NCBI GenBank assembly: GCA_010909165.1
Contig: VJWM01000025.1
Coordinates: 1,426,001 to 1,490,000, forward strand
Source of the DNA: Anthoceros angustus
Lineage: Eukaryota; Plantae; Anthocerotophyta
Length of the DNA stretch: 64,000 nt
Direction of reading: 5' to 3'
The position numbers and the translations under genes were made by a program. Position 1 is the first letter of the stretch, and each line of letters starts with the position of its first letter. Positions 1 to 7,660 of this stretch are shown piece by piece. The notes under the pieces were generated by a model. It worked only from the letters and a program-made list of their open reading frames with translations. It did no database searches and had not been told where the DNA came from.

Positions 1-10
1 CTACACGCAG

Positions 11-1055
11 TCTTGGGGAGCTCTCTCCATCAGTACACAAGGTCCGCCACTTATTTTAAAGGCCAACAAGGAGTATGCAACCGTGGTAGATGGGCACGTC
101 ATCTTGGGGCGAAAAAGGGATCTGGCTAGAGCCGAAGTAGAGTATGAAGGTTAGTATTTCTGAACCATCTGAATGCGTTTGAATGTCCTGGTTTTCGAGA
201 AGTAGTTGCTAGTAGGATGGCTGCCAAATTTGTAGTATACATCGTTCCTTGCATGCTCTAAGGTTGCACTTGTTGTAGGATCGAAATCAAAAAGCGTCTT
301 GGAACTCCTACAGCTATCTCGCAAGTGCAGGCAGTAGGGTGAGTCAACATGAGTGTTATCCTAATAAAGGTGGAAAGAAAATGGAGAGGTTTGGCAGTGA
401 TTGTGAGCATAGAAGAGGATGACTGCCAAATTTGTAGTATACATTGTTCCTTGCATGCTCTGAGGTTGCACTTGTTGTAGGATCGAAATCAAAAACAGCT
501 TCTGTCGGGAACTCCTACAGCTATCCCCGCAAGTGCAGGCAGTGCAGCGTTTTGCAGTGTTATCCTAATGACAGTGTGGCAGCAGGCAAATGGAGAGGTT
601 TGGCAGTGATTGTGAGCATAGAAGAGGACAGACCTGGTGGAGCTGTCGACCGAGGGCAACTTGAACCTCTTCTCAAGAATTTGAAGTTCCATACTGATAT
701 AGTGGTGAACCAATCTGAGAACGTCAAAGCTTATCTTAGGAGACTTGCCAAGCTCCCTATCCTGGCTAACGACGATTGCTTTCTGTGTTGCATTAATGCT
801 CATGGGGGGATCGATGAAAATGGACGAGATTACATCCTCATAAGTGGAGCAGGTGGGGAGAAGCTATATGTTGATAATGATATCTTGAAGCCCATCTCTG
901 AATCCAGGTATCTTGCAAACAAGCATAAGGTCTTTGTGATCAATGCTTGTCGAGGAAGTGGCAGCCTTATAACAATCAAGAAAGCCGAGGACTCTGAAGT
1001 TGAGAAGAGCCAAGTGGTGAGCAAGAGAGCCGGAGAAGTCCGAGCCCTGTCATGA
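11..1055 (+). CDS. Caspase-like cysteine protease (peptidase C14A-like), 5' part including the large (p20) subunit; gene begins upstream of the window
   Basis: Exon 11-149 is open (SWGALSISTQG...EVEYE). A GT-AG intron 150-480 joins it in frame to exon 481-1055. Caspase motifs in order: RGLAVIV, DRPGGAVD (Arg 630-632), CFLCCINAHG (His 801-803), KHKVFVINACRG (Cys 948-950), then a linker. The ORF stops 7 nt inside the insertion that starts at 1048. Confidence 0.88.
216..629 (+). repeat. Tandem ~200-bp duplication of the caspase intron 3' end plus exon start (copy 1 ~216-420 degenerate, copy 2 ~417-629 intact)
   Basis: Both copies share ggatg(g/a)ctgccaaatttgtagtatacat...ttgttgtag|gatcgaaatcaaaaa...gagcatagaagagga. 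Copy 1 has indels and an in-frame TAG. Confidence 0.9.
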
Positions 1056-1964
1056 TGGGGTCACGCTGTATCGGGATCAGCGATTGTAGCAAGTCCATGT
1101 ACGTAGAGAGAGGATATCGGTAATATCCTAACATATAGAAATGTCATGTATTGTTAGCCATGGGTTTCCAGGTAGGTCGTGACGCAGAATTACCAATCGA
1201 TTTGCTGGATCATAACAAGGAGATTCGCGCGGGAGCTGGTGAGGGTGACTAGACCGGGAAAACACAATCATGGAAAACGATGGAAGGCGATGCATGGCAG
1301 GAGGGAGCAGCGACAGGAGAGCGACAGGCGACTAGGCGCGGGATACAAGAGGCAAGCGTGCTTGGCTTAGGATAGTCTTGAGAGTCTCTTTGAGCCAGAG
1401 GGAGTGACGAGCTCCTGGCCGCTGTAACCGTTAGTGAATGCCGAAAGCTTGCTTGGGAATTTCGAGTGGATGTCCGAGTCTGACATTTGGTTTTGGGTTG
1501 CGGCACTATGCCTGGCTCCTGTTGCGAACTCTCAAACTCACCACGTTCGATCGGCTGATAGACGCTGATTGAATGAGGCATTTTGGATGGGAATTTAGCA
1601 GGATTGTTGCTTTCTTTTTCTAATCAGCTCTCAACCATATGGGCATACGGGTCGTAGTTGAGCTGTTGATCATGACATGGACGCGTTGCGATTGCTATGA
1701 CCAGGGTTGTGCTGGTGTGTGTTGGACATGTCGCGTTGCTGCAAATGCCTGCAGCCGGTTAGTGGTGTCAGCACATGCACAAGCTGTGAGAACAGGAGAT
1801 GTTGTGCTATTCCGATGTCCAGCTGTTTTTGCACGACACCTAAGGTCTTTGTGATCAATGCTTGTCGAGGAAGTGGCAGCCTTATCACAATCAAGAAAGC
1901 CGAGGACTCTGAAGTTGAGAAGAGCCAAGTGGTGAGCAAGAGAGCCGGAGAAGTCCGAGCCCTG
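926..1964 (+). repeat. 124-bp direct duplication (926-1049 and 1841-1964) of the caspase catalytic-Cys/linker region flanking an insertion
   Basis: taaggtctttgtgatcaatgcttgtcgagg...ccgagccctg occurs twice with one synonymous mismatch (ATA/ATC). Confidence 0.97.
1048..1677. mobile_element. Probable solo LTR (630 bp) inserted in the caspase gene
   Basis: Bounded by TG...CA with an 8-bp terminal inverted repeat (TGTCATGA...TCATGACA) and followed directly by TGG (PBS-like position). No coding capacity. The flanks (agccc / tggac) do not form a matching TSD. Confidence 0.65.
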
Positions 1965-2246
1965 CATTCTGTGCGCGATTGTCTCATTGTTTACTCCACC
2001 AGTCATGGACAACGATCCTTCAGAGATACCGAGAAAGGCACAAACTTTATCACAGCTTTTATGGACGCCATCATCGACGGCTCTAAAATGGCAGACGTGT
2101 TGAGCATCTTAACAAGCGTGATGCGCAAGGTCACGGATATGGAGGTCAAACTCGCAAGCGGATCAGGACAGGGCATCGAAAAGAAATTCCAGTGTCCCGA
2201 GTTGTACTCCACCCTCACAAGAGGACTGTACTGGTCTTCACCATAG
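1841..2246 (+). CDS. Caspase-like protease, 3' part (duplicated NACRG plus small p10 subunit)
   Basis: DCLIVYSTSHGQRSFRDTEKGTNFITAF matches the caspase p10 pattern DFL..YST..G..SWR....GSWFI..L (Arg 2022-2024). It is followed by ILTSVMRKV and KKFQCPELYSTLTRGLYW*. The ORF is open from 1707. Confidence 0.88.
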
Positions 2247-3067
2247 CTCACTTGCCTGGCCAGCGGGAGTTGGGTGTGGCGATGACAGCTTCAATCCGCT
2301 GTCAGGTATGGTCTCGAGAGAGACACTGTTGGTGCATTCCAACGCCTTCTCATTTAGTCCAATGCGTTCTCACTTGTCGTTTCCTACTCATTTCGGACGT
2401 TCAGGCTCGCCCGCAATTGACAAAAGAAAGTAGTGGTGCTAGGCTAAGCACGGTTGGTGCATTCTCATCTGTCCTTTCCTGGTCATTTCGTAAGTTCAGG
2501 TGCGCATGCTGCAGGCTGCATTCTGCATGCAGGAGAAACATCTCACAGCCTCCTTGTGTTTACTAGTGAACAGGTGCTAGCTCATAGAGGGTAGGGAGGA
2601 AAGAACGAGCCAGTTGTAGAGCTGTAGCTGTAGCTTTTGATTTCACAAGGCAAGTGCAGATTTGCGTTCCTCTTTCTTGAAAGTGCAGAGCGTGCCGCTG
2701 GTGGAATGACTTCTAAATCTCTCACATGCGAGGCATGCGTTGTTCTACCTTCCTGATCAGCCCAGGCTGGGAGAGATGTCTCTCATTTCGGACGTGCCAT
2801 TGTCCCATCTCTGATTTTAAACTGAAGATCACTCATCTGCCATGTCGATCACTCATCTCCATGTTTTCTAATTACATAAGTGTTAAACTAAAGAGAGTTT
2901 ACGCTGTTGAGATGTGGATTAGATCATATATGCTTCACGCACACCACGAACTTGTATGTGGTGACATGCTGATGGTGCTTGACCCTCTCGGCTCGGACAC
3001 AATCGAGATCTGCTGTGTCATCTTCCCTGTTGTACAGTGTTCTCAAGAGATGTGTGGCTGAAAAACC

Positions 3068-3790
3068 TTGTGGGGCGACCAGTGGATCCATGACCTGACC
3101 TCAGTGTCAGGCTTGAGTATGCTGATTGCTCTGTATGGAAGATTGGAGCAAAAAGGCCTGATTTTAGTTCTCAATGTTACTCTTGCTTGCTTCTCAGGGC
3201 CTGTTGGATTCCTGGTACCTTGCCAAAACTCATGGGGATGTAGGAAGCGTAACACGGTGCTTTGACTGTCTCGTTTTCGTCCTAGCGGAATGGTTTGACA
3301 GTCTTGTGAGCCAGGTTCAGCAGCAGGCGTCTCCATGCATCCTCGTGGCAAATGTGGATGCCGCTACAGCCAGGTGCACAGGAGTAGCAGGCAGGCTCAG
3401 AGAGTCAGCTGGAGCTAACAAGAAACTTGCTGTACAGTCTGGCATTGATGTAAAGGATTTGTCGTGGGTTCTCGAGAGAGAGAAGAGGGATGAAATTTCG
3501 CGCAAGGTAGAGAGTAGCATTGTATCTACGTCTGAATTAGGAAGGGAGCTACGTACACACATACCACACACCACAAACTTGGTGTTGAAGCCGCCGTGTG
3601 ACAAAGGAAACAGAGGAAGAAATGCATGCTGTGAGAAGCTAGCTCTGGCTTCTGAAACCTTGAATCAATAAAAGTAGCAACATCTCTGGAGGCAAGACTA
3701 TGTACGCTTGTGTGATACCTGCCAGCGAGACCTACATAGTCCGCTCATTCTGCAGACATGGGCAATTGCAAGCCTCTGCTACTTTCTCGT
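3068..3790 (+). pseudogene. Degenerate PPR E2-DYW:KP fragment
   Basis: FDSLVSQVQQQASPCILVANVDAATARCTGVAGRLRESAGANKK...RDEISRKVESS...HIPHTTNLVLKPPCDK...CCEKLALA aligns by eye with the intact protein at 36969-41029 ([31 protein letters not shown]...LRRSAGAWKKP...RDDISSKLRSS...HVPHTELVLKPVSEK...GHAEKLALA). The Zn-ligand His is lost and the frame is broken after 3671. Confidence 0.8.
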
Positions 3791-4723
3791 AGTATATAGG
3801 ATGCTGAATATATCGAGATTAGAGTCATGTCCTTGAGGTTATGCCAAGCCCCAAGGGCTATCCTACACATGTAGGGCTTATGTGCACCATATAATTGTCC
3901 TGTCTAGCTGATATGAGTGAGTGACTAGCTTTACTATTTACCTCAAGCCAGTGGTGCTGTTGTAGACGACATCCATTGCCTCTGCTTCGTGTGTCTGCTA
4001 ACTGTGTTGATCATGTGGCGTAGCTGTGACTGTGATGTTTGTGAGTCCTAACAGCATGGCATTACATTGCATCCATGGAGATAACATGGAGTAGAGTAGA
4101 GGAAAGGGAAATCTTTACAGAAGGAAAATGGAGCATTATTGGCCTCCCCCTTCTCTCTCTCACCTCACCAAGGCAGCCGCAGCCGAGTGTCCGGTTGTGT
4201 GTTTGTACTTTCCCGGCTGCTGAATTATTGGAAGAGGCGTGTTCCGAGGAGTTGGTTTGATGCACGAGGCGGTGTTTGCAGGCAACTCAGGGCCCCACCT
4301 GCTTCGCTCGGAGCTGCCCAGCTGCCTGCGCAGGAGGTGCAGGGATGGCAGCGCCCGCTCCGGGTATCCTGCGCCATGCTGGGTGCTGTCAGGAATGTGG
4401 CTGCCTGTGCTGCTGCCTGTGCTGCTTGTCCCATGGAGCCCATGTCCATCCACCAGCTCTGCCCCCGGTTCCTTCCATGCTCTCCTGCTCTACTAATCTC
4501 TCGTCCATACTCTCCTCCCTCGCATCCCGTTGCTGCCCGGCCCGCCACGTGTCCTCGAAAGTGAAAAACAAATGCGATTTGCTTCCCCACTACGCTAAGG
4601 AACGCTTTTCGTCCCATGTCTCGCAGAAGGCGGGGTGAGGGCGACTCAGCAGCACAGGCAGCACAGGCAGCAGGAAAGCACAAGCAGCATAACTGGGTAG
4701 GAGCACAACCCTCGGCAAGCTTG

Positions 4724-5611
4724 ATGGGGGCCAGTGCTTCATTGCCTGAAGTGGTGTGGAAGACATTCGGAGCCCTGTTGGTGCTGCCCATCCAACACAA
4801 GCTGAGAGTGTTCAGTGTACTGGTGAAGGAACGCGACTCCTTCACGCTGATCGGAGATCTGGGCAGCCTGTGCACCGAAGGGGAGTCGAAGGTGTTTCTG
4901 CAGGACGTCATTGCCCACCAGGAAAAACGCTACATCACGTCCAAGGAGCTGGGATCGATTGACCGTCTGGTGGAGAACGATTCTCGATGGTCCAGCCGGC
5001 TTCTGGCGTTTCAAAATGGTTTTGCTGCGGGGCTCCAAAATGTGGATGCGTGGAGAATCACCGTTCCCGAACACCAGTGGGTATTTGCTGAGGAGGGTAC
5101 TAGTTTGAGGGATCTGTTGAACAAATTTGTCCCTGACGACGGGGATCTCCATTTCAAGAGGGGCAGGACTCTGGATCTGTGGATTGTGACTGAGGTGATC
5201 ACAGCCCCTTCCCTGACCATGTATGCTTTGAATGGGAAAGGAGCTGACATCGGCTTCTCCGTGACCCCTCCTGCTCCCCTGCCGGTACCGGTGGACGTGC
5301 AAATCACCCTCGGAGGAGAGGGCAGGGCAAAGCAGTTCATCTCCATCGCTGGGCCAGAACTGGATGACACAATTCAGCCCTTTCCCTTCGCCTTCAGGGG
5401 GTGGAAATGCACATACAAGAGTGGCTTCTTGAAGAAGTGGAAACCAGCCCGCCTCCAAGCGGACTCGTTTGATGTTCCACCTCTGAATGGAACACCTGAG
5501 AGACCAATCCGCAATGCAAGATGTGCTACCCCTCTGGCGGATCCCGATATGGCGGATTTTGTCGGGGAGGATGACTGGGTCACCACCATCCGGGATCCGG
5601 CAAAGCATTGA
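4724..5611 (+). CDS. Gasdermin-like pore-forming protein (bacterial/fungal type), 295 aa from the MGASAS start; ORF open from 4616
   Basis: Single-exon ORF. Segments FGALLVLP...LRVFSVLV...LIGDL, LWIVTEVITAPSLTM, PFAFRGWKCTYKSGFL and the tail DFVGEDDWV follow, in order and spacing, my recollection of Bradyrhizobium gasdermin (GINLILPP...PGDLII...RLGGW; FFVVTKVWRARGIRI; IFGLTLREVTYKDGAI; AFIGDDAFV). Not confirmed by HMM or structure search. Confidence 0.78.
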   Translation: MGASASLPEVVWKTFGALLVLPIQHKLRVFSVLVKERDSFTLIGDLGSLCTEGESKVFLQDVIAHQEKRYITSKELGSIDRLVENDSRWSSRLLAFQNGFAAGLQNVDAWRITVPEHQWVFAEEGTSLRDLLNKFVPDDGDLHFKRGRTLDLWIVTEVITAPSLTMYALNGKGADIGFSVTPPAPLPVPVDVQITLGGEGRAKQFISIAGPELDDTIQPFPFAFRGWKCTYKSGFLKKWKPARLQADSFDVPPLNGTPERPIRNARCATPLADPDMADFVGEDDWVTTIRDPAKH

Positions 5612-7643
5612 TGGCGGTCTTCGTGTGAGGCATTGCATTACAGTTAGAAGTGTGACAAACGTGTTGGTTAGGCAATGGCACTCCCTTTCTGGATGTTGCC
5701 ATCCCTACCTAGTGCACAAATTCTGTTTCAATCAGTGCAGCTTGAGCTGGATGCTGCTTGTGCCAGCCCTTGTCGTTTGATTCAGAGGTGGGAAGATCTG
5801 ATAGCTTCCTGGCTATAGCTTTGTTGTCTTCAAGTATGAGACGTTCCATCCTTCGTGTCTGGTGCTGTGCTCTGACACATACTGGAGATTCATGCATTCA
5901 TCAAAACACGGTGAAATCATTGGGCTGCGGTGTTTTAATGTATCTCACCAATTTCTACCACAGTAATCAGTCGATTAGTCTCATCTTCCTTGTGCACAAT
6001 GTCTGAGGCTGGTGGTAATCACTTCATCTGTGCGTCTGCATACTGTACACACGTAGATGATCAATCACACAGGAATCGGATATGTCCGGACGCGTTCAAT
6101 CAAATACGATGTGTTTCGGTAATCAAATCAGACCTGTCCCCTGTCCGGCACCACACGCTACATACTGGATCTTGACCTTTGAAGTGAAGGCATTCCGGAG
6201 ACCCAGTCAGGCGCGTGAAGAGTGAAGGCGCGTGGGCGGTGGAAGCAGGCATCCCGGTCCGGCAACCGGAATATTTAGGCATGTGTCAAGTTTGTGCAGA
6301 TGAGCTCTTCCTCCCTCTCACCTTATTGCAAAGCTTGTGTCCAGATGGAAGGTTTAACGCGGTTCTTGGGTATGTTGTAGTTGCCATCACTATGCTGCAG
6401 ATGACCCTAATCCTGTGACGTGAGGAATTGGGTAGCTGGCCGAAGAAGCAGAAAGAGCAGGAGCAGCAGCACCCTATCTCTGAAGACTAGCTAAGACTTT
6501 CCGTTGCTTTCGCTTTTCTTGGTCTGGTTTGGAGATCTGTTACACCCTACTTCCGCATTATCTACTAGGCAGTTAGTTCCACGTTCTCCGACCGAGCTGC
6601 ACCTTGTTGCTCCTCAATGTCTTTACCCACCACAACCCATGGTTCTGCTGCTCCAGATATTCTTGTCCGTAGCCCATACCTGTAAGCCGCTTTGCCGGCA
6701 TGTGTGCCTACAAGATGATCATACGAGACTGAGATGCATGGGGCAGGTGTCATCCCAATGTGCTGTTCATCGAAAAGATTTCACGAAATGCCTGTTGCCG
6801 GCTTCTTCGTTTGCATGCTATTGGCAATCCAGCGGTGGCTGCGATCTGGCGAACTTCCGATTTCACAATGGGCCTATAGGGAACAAGACATGCTCAAAGG
6901 CAGTTCCCTTCTTCATTTTATGGTTGTCAACATTTAGCAGGTTTCCATGACACAACATCCCTCTCCAAACCCAAAATTCATGGGTAGCTATTATGGATTG
7001 TCCTGTCCTCACAGGACACGGCATGAGCTGAGCAGTTCTGAATAGGCCACTTACCACAGAAGCCAGAAAGTAGGACTGATCCTTAATCACCATCCACACC
7101 CCAAAGCAGACGCACCTTCGCTTGCTGATCGATACGCACACCTGCACAATGGCCAGTGGCAAGCTTCTCAGCTAAAATTTCCACATACACAAGTCAGTGG
7201 TAGCCTTTGTGGACAGCCAGCGTGCAGAAACAAGTGGGTGTCTCCGGGAAAGAATGAAATTGCTGCTCACGAACGAGACTCACCAGAATCAACCACCTTC
7301 AATGCCAATTTTCACCATAACGAACGTACTGCAATGGAGGTCAGGATTGGCTGCCAGCCCCAGGGCATAATCGTTTGTCAAAGGCCCAGACACATAACAC
7401 CGGTACTGCTGGTGGTAATCAGCATGAAATAGATGGATATCTGATGCACAAAACCCATCATCAATACAATAGGAGGCAAAGAGAATAGACGATCAACCCC
7501 TCAATCATGTGAGCCATCAACGCACCAAGTTAATCGTTGATCGCAGACTACTTTAGCATCCTTATCATCTTACTCAAATGAGCACATCGGGCTTCCTTGT
7601 TCATCAACGGATCCTAGTCCCACATGTATAATCCTTGTCACCC

Positions 7644-7660
7644 TATATATATATATATAT
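7644..7660. repeat. (TA)n microsatellite
   Basis: tatatatatatatatat. Confidence 0.9.

Noticed and set aside
444-2246. Ordinary plant metacaspase
   Set aside because: It lacks the metacaspase DxCHSG motif and acidic S1 residues, and has NACRG with both caspase arginines.
1-5611. Caspase-gasdermin block as bacterial or animal contamination
   Set aside because: The caspase has a GT-AG intron, a plant-specific DYW:KP pseudogene lies between the two genes, and the block runs on into plant RPL22. Long-read confirmation is still advisable.
4225-5638. Minus-strand ORFs of 228 and 299 aa overlapping the gasdermin-like gene
   Set aside because: Antisense shadows in GC-rich sequence with no motifs.
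5900-7450. Possible degenerate KDZ/Zisupton transposase or decayed multi-exon gene on the minus strand (CHG...MKKG, GVDGD, GKDIEEQ; a GTAAGT donor near 7054)
   Set aside because: Only scattered short motifs in different frames, and the transposase and spliced-gene readings conflict. It needs a profile search.
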